DNA from: Minisyncoccota bacterium
Lineage (GTDB): Bacteria; Patescibacteriota; Minisyncoccia; Phycocordibacterales; JABMNX01
DNA: 64,000 nucleotides
Reading direction: 5' to 3'
Assembly (NCBI GenBank): GCA_026195275.1
Contig: JAPHQU010000001.1
Span: forward strand, 12,318 to 76,317
The notes below the pieces were generated by a model. The model had not been told where the DNA came from. It worked only from the letters and a program-made list of their open reading frames with translations, and did not search any database. How positions within the stretch are numbered: position 1 is the first letter of the stretch; each line of letters opens with the position of its first letter. Position numbers and translations under genes: made by a program. This document shows, piece by piece, positions 21,789 to 30,756 of this stretch.

Positions 21789-22072
21789 AATACCACGTGT
21801 AGATACCGGGCAGGAAAAGAGCGGTCGCAAGTCTGGCGGCCGCTCTAAAGAGGTCGGGTTGATGATGTCAGTCGCGATTACCGCCGCGACATGCAACATG
21901 GTCGATACTGTCATCATCTGGCTTCGCTTCCTGTTCTTTGGCGAGACCTTCTGGCACCGGCTCTTGATCCTTGCGCTCATCATCCATGACCACCTCCTGC
22001 TCTTGGTGTTCCTCTTCTCAGTATAAAATAGCCTTCAAGAAGGTACAGAGGAGTTATCCACCTGCCCACGTG

Positions 22073-22795
22073 TTAGTAATCCGCCTCTTCTACCTTCTCA
22101 ATCTTCTTCTCTTCTCGTTCAACACGACGCTCTTCTTTCTCGATAGCGCTCGCCGCAACTTTTCGCTTACCGTGTACATCCATGAGTGAAAAACTCACCA
22201 TTGCTGCAAAGATGATACCAACAATATTAACCAAAAAGAGCACAAGAGATCCCGCAACCACATCCCAGTCGACATTTGCAATACCCACACCAACAGTAGC
22301 GAGCGGTGGGATGAGTGCGACCGAGACGGCAACACCCGGGAGCGTCTCAGAGAGCTTTGGCTTTACGAGTGAATACGAGACCGCTATGCCGGAGATGACC
22401 GCAACGACAAAGTACAGAAGTGACGGTGTCGTGCGCGCAACGACCTCAGAAGTAAGATACTCTCCCGTGTTTGCAAAAAGCGTCACCAAGACAGCGCCAA
22501 TAATCCCCAAGAGCATCGCCTTTACCACTGCGGAAAAGGAGCGACCAATAAGCTTGTAGTCAGAGAGCGACACACCAAGCCCAAGGCTCACTGTTGGATA
22601 GAGGATTGGTGCGATAAGCATACTTCCGATCACGATTGCTGCACTATCAAGAAGAAGCCCAAAAGTAGCCATGAGGACCGAAAGTGTCGCCATAAGGAAG
22701 AAATCGAAATCCGGCGTACTATCCGTAATCAACTTCTCAATCGCTTTGGTCTTATCTGCTTCGCTCACAACGCGAAGATGCGAAATAAATCCCAT
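22073..22795 (-). CDS. DUF389-like integral membrane protein
   Basis: 240 aa, about 6 TM helices. GSMLIAPILYP and the Gly-rich TM pattern resemble DUF389/TIGR00341. Family recalled from memory, not verified. Confidence 0.45.
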   Translation of the reverse strand: MGFISHLRVVSEADKTKAIEKLITDSTPDFDFFLMATLSVLMATFGLLLDSAAIVIGSMLIAPILYPTVSLGLGVSLSDYKLIGRSFSAVVKAMLLGIIGAVLVTLFANTGEYLTSEVVARTTPSLLYFVVAVISGIAVSYSLVKPKLSETLPGVAVSVALIPPLATVGVGIANVDWDVVAGSLVLFLVNIVGIIFAAMVSFSLMDVHGKRKVAASAIEKEERRVEREEKKIEKVEEADY

Positions 22796-22944
22796 AATAT
22801 CTAGAGTATATCATATGCCACAGGTCGCACGGTCATTCTTTTGTGCATACTGCCAGTGGTATTCTTCGGTCTCTCAGAAACATCCCGCTGCAAATATTGC
22901 TTTTGTGTCCTCTCCTCATTCATATGAATACCCTCTCACAAAAC

Positions 22945-24189
22945 CTATTCATACCGCAGTGCTTCGATCGGACTCTTCTTTGCGGCCTGGCGCGCCGGAT
23001 AGAGGCCGAAGACCACACCAACCAATGTCGATACACCAACCCCAAGGAGTGCCCCAACAACAGGGAACGTGAACGTCCATGAGAGTTCAAGCCCCTTCGA
23101 GAGGACGAGAGACACAAGGAACGCGAGGGCCGAGCCGAGCAAGACCCCAACGACGCCACCTACCGCAGTGAGAAGCACCGACTCAAGAAGAAACTGACGC
23201 ATAATGTCCTTTTTCGTAGCACCAATTGCCTTTCGCAGACCGATCTCTTTTGTGCGCTCAGTCACCGAGACGAGCATGATGTTCATCACCCCGATTCCAC
23301 CGACAACCAGTGCGATTGCGACAACTGAAGAAAGGAACGCAGTAAGAACCGAGAGAATCGTCCCGATCTGTTCAACAAGCCCTTCTTGGGTTACTACAAA
23401 GAAATCATCTTTCTCTGGATCGGTGATATTGTGTGATTCGCGGAGCGTCGCTTCGATGTCGCGAACGGTACGGTCAACATACACAGGGTCATCCGCACGC
23501 ACCATGATCTCTTGGTAGTGATCCGTACCAGTCAGATACGTCTGCGCGGATGTGTATGGAATCACCACAACTTTGTCTGGATTGAAAAATGATGACTGTC
23601 CATACGACGGCAACACACCTACCACACGAAAGTTTCGGTCTCTTATCTTTATGTTCTTTCCGACTGCATCGCTACCCCCGAAAAGTTCCTGTTTTACTTC
23701 ACTCCCGATAACCGCAACGCTCGCCTTCTGCCTAATATCAATGTCGGTGAAGTATGCACCCTCGCTCGGGTAAAGATCAAATACACTCCCCATGAATTCT
23801 GCTGACCAACCAAATATCTCCGGGCGATACGTCTCACCTCGATACGAGACCGAGCCGGGGACCACGACAGCTGGCGCAATATCAGAGAGATGAGGCACGT
23901 TCTCACGCCGCTTGAGTGCCTCAAAATCACGCTCTTTCAGCGAGTCACTAAACAATGTCTCAGCAAAATCAGTCGGTCCGGTCGGCTCCTGACCTGGGCG
24001 GATGACGATAAGGTCGGCACCAAGCCCGCCGAGTTCAGAGAGCACAAGGTTCTCTGCACCCTTCCCAATCGAGACGATGAGGATGATTGCGGCGATACCA
24101 ATCACAATACCAAGAACAGTGAGCATGGAGCGTACCTTGTTGGTGAGCAGTGCGAGCCGTGACGTATGAAGAAGGAGAAGTGGTTTCAT
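22945..24189 (-). CDS. ABC transporter permease, MacB/FtsX family (MacB periplasmic domain plus FtsX C-terminal 4-TM)
   Basis: N-terminal TM, large extracytoplasmic domain, C-terminal FtsX-like region ending in GLYPARQAAKKSPIEALRYE, typical of MacB-type permeases. Confidence 0.8.
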   Translation of the reverse strand: MKPLLLLHTSRLALLTNKVRSMLTVLGIVIGIAAIILIVSIGKGAENLVLSELGGLGADLIVIRPGQEPTGPTDFAETLFSDSLKERDFEALKRRENVPHLSDIAPAVVVPGSVSYRGETYRPEIFGWSAEFMGSVFDLYPSEGAYFTDIDIRQKASVAVIGSEVKQELFGGSDAVGKNIKIRDRNFRVVGVLPSYGQSSFFNPDKVVVIPYTSAQTYLTGTDHYQEIMVRADDPVYVDRTVRDIEATLRESHNITDPEKDDFFVVTQEGLVEQIGTILSVLTAFLSSVVAIALVVGGIGVMNIMLVSVTERTKEIGLRKAIGATKKDIMRQFLLESVLLTAVGGVVGVLLGSALAFLVSLVLSKGLELSWTFTFPVVGALLGVGVSTLVGVVFGLYPARQAAKKSPIEALRYE

Positions 24190-24194
24190 AATAG

Positions 24195-24932
24195 CTACTT
24201 TATCTCATGTTTATGCCGGATATCATCTGGTGTCTTCTCATCACTAACGACTCGTCCGTCTTTAATACGAATGATTCGATCGGCGTAGCCGGCGGTGTAG
24301 GTCTCGTGGGTTACCAAGATGATTGTGTGTCCATTGTTATGCAGGTTCTCAAGCACCTCAAGCACTTGTTTCCCCGACTTTGAGTCGAGGTTCCCGGTTG
24401 GCTCATCAGCAAAGATCACGTCCGGTTTGTTGACTAACGCGCGCGCAATCGCAACCCGCTGCCGCTCACCACCAGAGAGACGCGCCGGCTCGTGTTTAAC
24501 ACGGTGCTCCATACCCACCGCACGGATCGCTTCCTGCGCCCGTGACTCCCATTCACTCTCCGGCACCTCTGAATACAAAAATGGAAGCATAACGTTCTCT
24601 AGGACCGATACGCTCGGAAGTAGGTTAAATGTCTGGAAGACAAAACCTAGTCGATCATTGCGGACAAAGGCTGCCTCATCATCCGAATACTCCTGCACCA
24701 ACTTCCCGTCAAAAAAGTACTCGCCAGCTGTTGCACGATCAAGGAATCCGAGAATATGTAAAAGTGTCGACTTTCCCGAGCCAGACGGCCCCATGATTGA
24801 GACGAACTCTCCTTTAGCAATCTTGAAAGAAACATCGAGTAGCACAGTGAGCGGCAGAGCATCTCTGCTCTGATAGGTCTTTGTGAGGTTGCGTACATCA
24901 ATTAGATCCATACGCTGTCGATTATTCCCCAA
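24195..24932 (-). CDS. ABC transporter ATP-binding protein (MacB/LolD type)
   Basis: Walker [11 protein letters not shown]-loop, signature [15 protein letters not shown], Walker [14 protein letters not shown]-loop. Confidence 0.9.
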   Translation of the reverse strand: MGNNRQRMDLIDVRNLTKTYQSRDALPLTVLLDVSFKIAKGEFVSIMGPSGSGKSTLLHILGFLDRATAGEYFFDGKLVQEYSDDEAAFVRNDRLGFVFQTFNLLPSVSVLENVMLPFLYSEVPESEWESRAQEAIRAVGMEHRVKHEPARLSGGERQRVAIARALVNKPDVIFADEPTGNLDSKSGKQVLEVLENLHNNGHTIILVTHETYTAGYADRIIRIKDGRVVSDEKTPDDIRHKHEIK

Positions 24933-26469
24933 AGAAGAGGATCACCCGCTCACCGGCCGAAATTCCCGAGAAAACCTCGATACGACCACCCGAGCCGCGT
25001 AGTCCGGTCTCGATTTTCCGTTCTTCAAAACCACCGTTCTCCGTTACCACCTGTACATATTTATCCCCGTCGCGGTATTCAATTGCGCGCGCAGGAATTG
25101 TGACCACATCCTCCTTCCTGCCGGTGAGAATATCAACGTTCGCGGTCATGCCTGAGCGCCCTAAACCTTCCGGATCAATGAACTCGAGTACTACTTTGTA
25201 TGTTGATACCCCCTCAAGCACGGTCTCCGCTGACTCGACTGAAACTACGTTTGCATTAAAATATCGACTCGGATCATACGCGTCGAGTGTTACGCGCGCA
25301 CCATCCCCAAGCACCACCTTCGCGATATCCGCTTCAGGTACAAAAGTCTCGATCTCAAAATTAGCCGGTGTGATCAAAGAGATGACCGGAGTGTTTGCGG
25401 CAACCGTCTCTCCGCGCTCGATATTCATCTTGGTCACCGTACCACTAAACGGCGCGACAATAATAGTCTTTGCAAGCTCGGCTTGCGCGGCAAGTACCGC
25501 CGACTTTGCTTGCTCGACACTCGCTTCCTGTGCATAGATCTCTTCGTCTGTCGCACCTGCTTGAGCAAGCGCCAGCTCCTGCTTAGCGAGCGTAAGTGCT
25601 GCCACAGCTGTATTTACCGACCCTCTCGTTGAGACAAGGTTGCTCGCCGAAGTGCTCACCGCAGTCCGCGCAGCGGATATGTCTACGCTATATGCGTCAA
25701 TCGTGCTCTGCGAAAGCGACGAATATGAACTCGCGACACTGAGTGCGTACGCCACGTTCGCGAGAAATGACTTTACCACCTCAACAGCGGCAACCGAGCG
25801 ATCAGCAAGTGTTGTGAGATCCTCATTATCAACAATTGCGACATGCCACTCACTAAAGATCGTCTCGAGCTCTCGTCGACCGGATTCAATATCACGCTCA
25901 AGTGTTGACTCTGTAGCAAAAGAAAGCTGCGGGTGTTCTGAGCGCGCGCTACTGATAAACTGGTCGGCTTGCGTACGCACCGCGTCATCGGATTTGATGT
26001 ACGCGTCAGAGATGCGCTCGCGGAGCGCTTCCCGCGCTTCATACAAATCAGTCTCTGCGGAGGCGACTCTCGCCTGAGAGACCGCGAGCTCCTCTGCGCG
26101 CGTACCACGACGAAGCTCATCGAGTCGTGCTTCTTCATTCTTTTGTACTGACTGAGCCTCTGAAACTTTCGCGACCAGATCTGCGTTTGCGAGCGATGCA
26201 AGCACTTGACCCGCGTATACCTCTTCACCGGAAGCAACCATAATGCGCGCAACGCGCCCGCTGCGCTCGAAGGAAAGATCCGCCGCTTCAGCTGCTTTGA
26301 GCTTCCCGGTCACGCTCACTTCCTGCACCAACTCACCACGCTCTGCCATTGTTGCTTCGTATACTACCTCCTGTTGCCCACCGAAGAAGAACCATGCAAG
26401 CACGACCAACAAGACAGCGCTGATAACGATGACGCTTTTCTTGTTTTCTTTGAGGTAGTAAGTATCCAT
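24922..26469 (-). CDS. HlyD/MacA-family membrane-fusion (periplasmic adaptor) protein with extended coiled coil
   Basis: N-terminal TM. About 250 aa of coiled coil (AEELAVSQARVASAETDLYEAREALRERISDAY). C-terminal beta-barrel/lipoyl region (IIVAPFSGTVTKMNIERGETV). Overlaps the ABC ATPase start, suggesting an operon. Confidence 0.75.
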   Translation of the reverse strand: MDTYYLKENKKSVIVISAVLLVVLAWFFFGGQQEVVYEATMAERGELVQEVSVTGKLKAAEAADLSFERSGRVARIMVASGEEVYAGQVLASLANADLVAKVSEAQSVQKNEEARLDELRRGTRAEELAVSQARVASAETDLYEAREALRERISDAYIKSDDAVRTQADQFISSARSEHPQLSFATESTLERDIESGRRELETIFSEWHVAIVDNEDLTTLADRSVAAVEVVKSFLANVAYALSVASSYSSLSQSTIDAYSVDISAARTAVSTSASNLVSTRGSVNTAVAALTLAKQELALAQAGATDEEIYAQEASVEQAKSAVLAAQAELAKTIIVAPFSGTVTKMNIERGETVAANTPVISLITPANFEIETFVPEADIAKVVLGDGARVTLDAYDPSRYFNANVVSVESAETVLEGVSTYKVVLEFIDPEGLGRSGMTANVDILTGRKEDVVTIPARAIEYRDGDKYVQVVTENGGFEERKIETGLRGSGGRIEVFSGISAGERVILFFGE

Positions 26470-26488
26470 ACTATATATTTCTTAGTTT

Positions 26489-27022
26489 CTATGTATTCCA
26501 GGGCATCTTTGAGAGCACCCATGACATCGTGCAAATGCCGGAAACTCCCGCGAAAAGCAGGCCGGCACCGACAAATGCAGAGAGCGCAAACCAGTACAAA
26601 TGAACAAAATAGCCGAGCCCGGCACCCAAGAGGATAAGCACGCCGGCAGTGATCATAACCTGACGGATGATTGGGATGCGGATCTTCCCGCTCCCAACGA
26701 CATGGAATCCGCTGTTCTGCCATGCACGAAGCCCTCCTGAGAGGTTCATCACCGCAATGCCGCGTGCGCTGAGTATCTGGCACGCACGCGCACTTCGAGC
26801 ACCAGATCCACACATTACGTAGACAATTCCCACTTTCCTTAAGCGCTCAATGTTCTTTTCTTCTTCAATCGTCTGAATTGGTATATTGACCGCACCGATG
26901 AGGTGCGCGCTTTGGTACTCAGGAGGCGTGCGCACATCGACAAGGAGCTCGTCCTGATTGTTGTCGTGCAAGAGTAAGTCGAGCTCTTTTGGGGATACGT
27001 TCTTCATATATACAGTATACAA
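26489..27022 (-). CDS. Rhodanese-domain sulfurtransferase fused to a C-terminal 2-TM (YgaP/DUF2892-like) segment
   Basis: Rhodanese with active-site loop CGSGARSARAC. C-terminal hydrophobic hairpin. Confidence 0.7.
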   Translation of the reverse strand: MYTVYMKNVSPKELDLLLHDNNQDELLVDVRTPPEYQSAHLIGAVNIPIQTIEEEKNIERLRKVGIVYVMCGSGARSARACQILSARGIAVMNLSGGLRAWQNSGFHVVGSGKIRIPIIRQVMITAGVLILLGAGLGYFVHLYWFALSAFVGAGLLFAGVSGICTMSWVLSKMPWNT

Positions 27023-27025
27023 GAC

Positions 27026-27586
27026 CTACCCCAAAAGAGGGAATACCTCTTCGACCTCCCACCTGCCCGAGATGTGTCGGAAGAGCGTGATGTTGTTGAG
27101 CACAAGATCAAATTGCGGCAATGAGATATTCTTAAGATATTCCTGAACGTGCCCCATATCCTCAGGTGAGAGAAAACGTGCCACTGACACATGGAGAGTG
27201 AGAGGTCGCCTAAGAAGGTTCTTTCCTTCGCCAAATTCAGCAATTCTATCAACGATACGCTCAGCGTGTGCTTGAATAACTCCGCTTTTACGTACGGCGA
27301 GGTATACGATCCCGCCACCGTCTTTCTGTGTAAAGGAACCAAATCCCTCAATAGTGAGTGGGATCGAGCGCTCCTCTCCTGCAATCTCTCCGAGAAGTTC
27401 CTTGAACAAGGCAGTATCCCCACTCTCAAACGGTGGTTTAAGAGTGAGGTGCGGCGGAGTGTGAAGTGAGAGATTTTTTATACCGAAACGTTCTGAGAGA
27501 TTTGTAGTGAGATGTTTGTAGTACCGAGCCACCACTTCATCAGTAATCAGATGTCCAACGAAATAGCGATCGGTTTTGTGACGCAT
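27026..27586 (-). CDS. 2H phosphoesterase, ThpR/LigT (2'-5' RNA ligase) family
   Basis: Two H-x-T/S-x motifs about 80 aa apart: HLTLKP and HVSVAR. Confidence 0.7.
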   Translation of the reverse strand: MRHKTDRYFVGHLITDEVVARYYKHLTTNLSERFGIKNLSLHTPPHLTLKPPFESGDTALFKELLGEIAGEERSIPLTIEGFGSFTQKDGGGIVYLAVRKSGVIQAHAERIVDRIAEFGEGKNLLRRPLTLHVSVARFLSPEDMGHVQEYLKNISLPQFDLVLNNITLFRHISGRWEVEEVFPLLG

Positions 27587-27592
27587 ACTTCC

Positions 27593-28288
27593 TTACTCGA
27601 GCAGTTCGCACGTGAACGCGCATGCCGCAATACAGACCTCGGCCGAAGTGTCACACGGCGAGCCACACGATTGGAATACGCCACTGCGTGCGCGGCAGTC
27701 AGATCGAAACGGTTCCTTGTCCAGACCAACGTCTGATGTATAGACGATGTGTGTTTGGTATTCTGCTTCGATAGGAACACGTGAGTGTGGCGCACCTGGA
27801 CCGTCATTGAGTTGCCAGATCGACACATTAAGCACGGTCGCGAACGATACCCAGAGGAGATATGGAATAAGCAAGAGCGCTGCCCAACGGTCAATGTGCC
27901 ACGAGAATGCGATAAGTGCCGCGATCATAAGCCAGAGGATCACAATAACAATAATCGAGAGGAAGAGCTCCTGCATCCCAAAGAAGACAAGCGACCATAG
28001 TATGTTTACCCCCAGGTGGACAAGAAAAAGATAGAACACCCACCGATTCCGCGCTTCTTTGAGTCCCCGCTCCCATATAAGGAAAAAGGAGAAACCCATA
28101 GCAAGATACAGCAAGAACCATACCGGACCAAAGACTTCACTCGGTGGCATGAATACCGGCTTTAAGAGACCTGCGTACCAGACTGAAAGCGATTGTGCGG
28201 TAAAACACGAACCAATGACTCCCGCTCCTTGTGCGAGAATCACAGATAAGATGAGGCGATGCAGGTTGTTCTTGTTGATGATATTCAT
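27593..28288 (-). CDS. TspO/MBR (tryptophan-rich sensory protein) with about 65 aa Cys-rich C-terminal extension
   Basis: SVWYAGLLKPVFMPPSEVFGPVWFLLYLAMGFSF and the following 5-TM, Trp-rich pattern match TspO. The C-terminal tail is CRARSGVFQSCGSPCDTSAEVCIAACAFTCELLE (six Cys). Confidence 0.7.
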   Translation of the reverse strand: MNIINKNNLHRLILSVILAQGAGVIGSCFTAQSLSVWYAGLLKPVFMPPSEVFGPVWFLLYLAMGFSFFLIWERGLKEARNRWVFYLFLVHLGVNILWSLVFFGMQELFLSIIVIVILWLMIAALIAFSWHIDRWAALLLIPYLLWVSFATVLNVSIWQLNDGPGAPHSRVPIEAEYQTHIVYTSDVGLDKEPFRSDCRARSGVFQSCGSPCDTSAEVCIAACAFTCELLE

Positions 28289-28292
28289 GGTT

Positions 28293-28841
28293 TTATGTTA
28301 CTGGACACGTAAGCGGCTTACTGATGTTCTCAAGAATGAACCAGGTTGAATACAAGAGCGCTACTCCACCGAGCACACCGAATTCAGCGCCACCAAACGG
28401 CAGAAGCGCCACCAACCCCGCGCCACCAAGTAGCCCGAGTAGTGAGGTGAGGATTATGGTGCCACACGCCGCACAACCAATACCGAGAAAGCTCGCAACG
28501 ACCCCGCCAATACTCAACACCGTGCTACCGCCGCCGAGCCCACCTTGTCGTACTTTTATGTAGTATGCCAACAGCGCAGCGTTGATCCCAAAGAGCACCG
28601 ACGCAACAACAATAAATACCACTGACACCGTGGGTACGCTCGCACTAAATGATGTGAGTAGACTCATCAAGAGCCCTGCCTTCTGGGAAAGTGGTGCATC
28701 TAGATGGATAACAATACTGTTGATCAGAGATGCATTCAAAATCCATACAGAGATCGCAAATGTAAGAGCGCCGACACAAAGTGCGATTAGGATATATGCG
28801 ATCCGAGAGAACACCTGAAAGAATGTAGTAAATAAAGACAT
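28293..28841 (-). CDS. Integral membrane protein, Gly-rich, hypothetical
   Basis: 182 aa, 4-5 TM helices, GIGCAACG motif inside a TM segment and a C-terminal CPV. Confidence 0.4.
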   Translation of the reverse strand: MSLFTTFFQVFSRIAYILIALCVGALTFAISVWILNASLINSIVIHLDAPLSQKAGLLMSLLTSFSASVPTVSVVFIVVASVLFGINAALLAYYIKVRQGGLGGGSTVLSIGGVVASFLGIGCAACGTIILTSLLGLLGGAGLVALLPFGGAEFGVLGGVALLYSTWFILENISKPLTCPVT

Positions 28842-28885
28842 GTTTCTTGTTTTAGATAATAGAGGCCATTGAATAGGAAGTTCTG

Positions 28886-29010
28886 CTAGGCTTCCCCTTT
28901 CGGCTCCTGCTTCTTTGGCTTGATACCTCTGTTCTTGTCGACACCACGAAGACGCGACGCCTGCTTTGGGCGAAAGAATATTCCTGCCATCTTTTCCTTG
29001 AATTTCTTCA
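28886..29010 (-). CDS. Possible small basic protein (41 aa), hypothetical
   Basis: Below the ORF-track cutoff. Minus-strand ATG at 29010. Encodes MKKFKEKMAGIFFRPKQASRLRGVDKNRGIKPKKQEPKGEA*. Sits in a 200 nt gap that is otherwise unexplained. Confidence 0.25.
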
Positions 29011-29040
29011 TGTCCTCAGTATACCAAAGGTGCCTGGAAA

Positions 29041-29598
29041 CTACTCAAACACAACGGGGATTTCAAGCGCGTCGTCGTACTGCTGAAGGCCCGACGCGTT
29101 GTGTCGCTTGAGGATAAGCGTCCCGCGCTTCATGAACTCAGGGTCACCAACGTCGTATGGACGCTCGAACTCAAGAGTCGATTCAAACGGCACAAACCCC
29201 TCGGTCATCCACTCACCATTTGCCTCAGCGTAGTGCTCAGCAATGATACGCCCATCCCAGTCGGTGAGCACTACGGGGAATGATGCTTCAAAGAACCAAT
29301 ACCCGCGCGCTTCTCCAGCAATCTCAAGTGGACTCACGATACGTCCGTTCGGTCGGGGCGCACTAATACGGATCAGGTCAACCTTTTCAAGTTCATTGCC
29401 TATATACTCAATGAAGTGCTCGCCGCTTCTGGTGCGGCACTGTCGGGGGTAGCTCTCCATGACCGGATTCCCCGCCTCGACACACTCCTCAAAAGTGGTG
29501 ACTCGCGACTCCTCACTCCACCCGACAATCAGATCAACAACGAAAAAAATAAGCGTAATGAAAACAGCCGCGGCGGTGATCTGAAGCAACTTTCGCAT
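29041..29598 (-). CDS. Secreted or membrane-anchored protein with Gmad2/GerMN-like immunoglobulin-like domain
   Basis: Likely start MRKLLQ (signal/TM). LIRISAPRPNGRIVSPLEIAGEARGYWFFEASFPVVLTDWDGRIIAEHYAEANGEWMTEGFVPFESTLEF resembles the Gmad2 domain. Confidence 0.5.
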   Translation of the reverse strand: MRKLLQITAAAVFITLIFFVVDLIVGWSEESRVTTFEECVEAGNPVMESYPRQCRTRSGEHFIEYIGNELEKVDLIRISAPRPNGRIVSPLEIAGEARGYWFFEASFPVVLTDWDGRIIAEHYAEANGEWMTEGFVPFESTLEFERPYDVGDPEFMKRGTLILKRHNASGLQQYDDALEIPVVFE

Positions 29599-29600
29599 AA

Positions 29601-30014
29601 CTAACGGGTGAGACGTCGAAGCGCGATCACAAAACAGAGAATAAAGAAGAGGGACCCGTAGATGCACGTCGAGAGTCCGAGGGTGTAGAAGGTCGGATCG
29701 GTAAAGAGTCCAACGATCTCAGGGATCGCAAAAGAACCTGAGAAAACAACTCCAATTCCCGCAACTACTACATGGAGGATGCTCATCCGGTACATTGAGA
29801 TCACTCCGGTAAGGCCGAGTAGCGTCACCACAAAGAGAGTCACAAAGAGCGCGAAGCCATACCAGCACGCGGGATACCCGAGAAAATAGGGACATGTTTC
29901 TCCAAACGCACACGTTTTTGTGAATAATTTCACCGCGCTGAGGTACCCAGAGAAAAGCGCGCCGGCAGCGCTGAGGATAAGCATCTGTATAGGGTGTGTC
30001 AGATATTGTTTCAT
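29601..30014 (-). CDS. Small 4-TM membrane protein with conserved Cys (C-x5-C-x7-C), hypothetical
   Basis: 137 aa with KTCAFGETCPYFLGYPACWYG in the first loop. Possibly a thiol-disulfide-related (VKOR/DsbB-like) membrane protein, unproven. Confidence 0.4.
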   Translation of the reverse strand: MKQYLTHPIQMLILSAAGALFSGYLSAVKLFTKTCAFGETCPYFLGYPACWYGFALFVTLFVVTLLGLTGVISMYRMSILHVVVAGIGVVFSGSFAIPEIVGLFTDPTFYTLGLSTCIYGSLFFILCFVIALRRLTR

Positions 30015-30114
30015 ATACAGTGATTATACCAAGACATCAAGAAATGAATATCAGCGTTGCCCACAACTCCACCCGACCATATAATGGACATATTACCGAC
30101 CTAAAAATACCACG

Positions 30115-30312
30115 ATGCACAATAACAACGCCTACAACCTTATGGCGCAGATCGTCACTGAGTCAAAGAGTATCTACCAGATGAAAGAGTACTATTGCAA
30201 CGATGCTAAGGAAGCTGCTGAGTGCAAACAAGTCTGGGAAGACCTTATTAGAGATAAAGAGGAACACATTGCGCTCCTCACCGGACTCCTCAAGAAAGAG
30301 CTCAACAACTAA
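30115..30312 (+). CDS. Small hypothetical protein (65 aa)
   Basis: The ORF ends 12 nt before a strong plus-strand intrinsic terminator. No motif recognised. Confidence 0.4.
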   Translation: MHNNNAYNLMAQIVTESKSIYQMKEYYCNDAKEAAECKQVWEDLIRDKEEHIALLTGLLKKELNN

Positions 30313-30324
30313 TCGTTAGAGAAG

Positions 30325-30353
30325 AAACGCCAGGCAATGCCTGGCGTTTTTTA
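30325..30353. terminator. Intrinsic terminator hairpin aaacgccaggc-aat-gcctggcgtttttt
   Basis: Perfect 10-bp GC-rich stem followed by a T6 run on the plus strand. Confidence 0.7.
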
Positions 30354-30707
30354 TTCTGCGTCGTGAATAGTATTCTGTCTGAGGACATCCGGGTCGCCTG
30401 AGTCGATTGCTTCAAGCTCCGGCTCAAGTTCACTTCGTACCCGATCGCGGTCAACGAGCTCAAATGCTGAGTAACCTTCTGCGTCGTTGTTGTAGCGAAG
30501 CGCGAGGTTCTCGCGTTCAAACCAATCAAAGAATTCTTCCCACTCAATCCGCTCGACCTCAGTATTATTTGGGTCAAATGCAATGTCCATCACAAGCGGT
30601 CGGTCAGTATCCTCGTCCGTAACCCCTGAGATCACAACCGGGAAACCACCATGGCTTTCGATCCACTTCTTCACATTGCTAAAATTTTTCGTGTATCTAT
30701 CTCTCAT
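30351..30707 (-). CDS. Hypothetical acidic protein
   Basis: Likely start MRDRYTKNF at 30707 (the ORF track extends to 30854 and would overlap the helicase). No recognisable motif. Confidence 0.4.
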   Translation of the reverse strand: MRDRYTKNFSNVKKWIESHGGFPVVISGVTDEDTDRPLVMDIAFDPNNTEVERIEWEEFFDWFERENLALRYNNDAEGYSAFELVDRDRVRSELEPELEAIDSGDPDVLRQNTIHDAE

Positions 30708-30756
30708 ATTCGTACGCCCATAGTACTCCTTTGATCTGAAGTCGACAAGCTCACGC

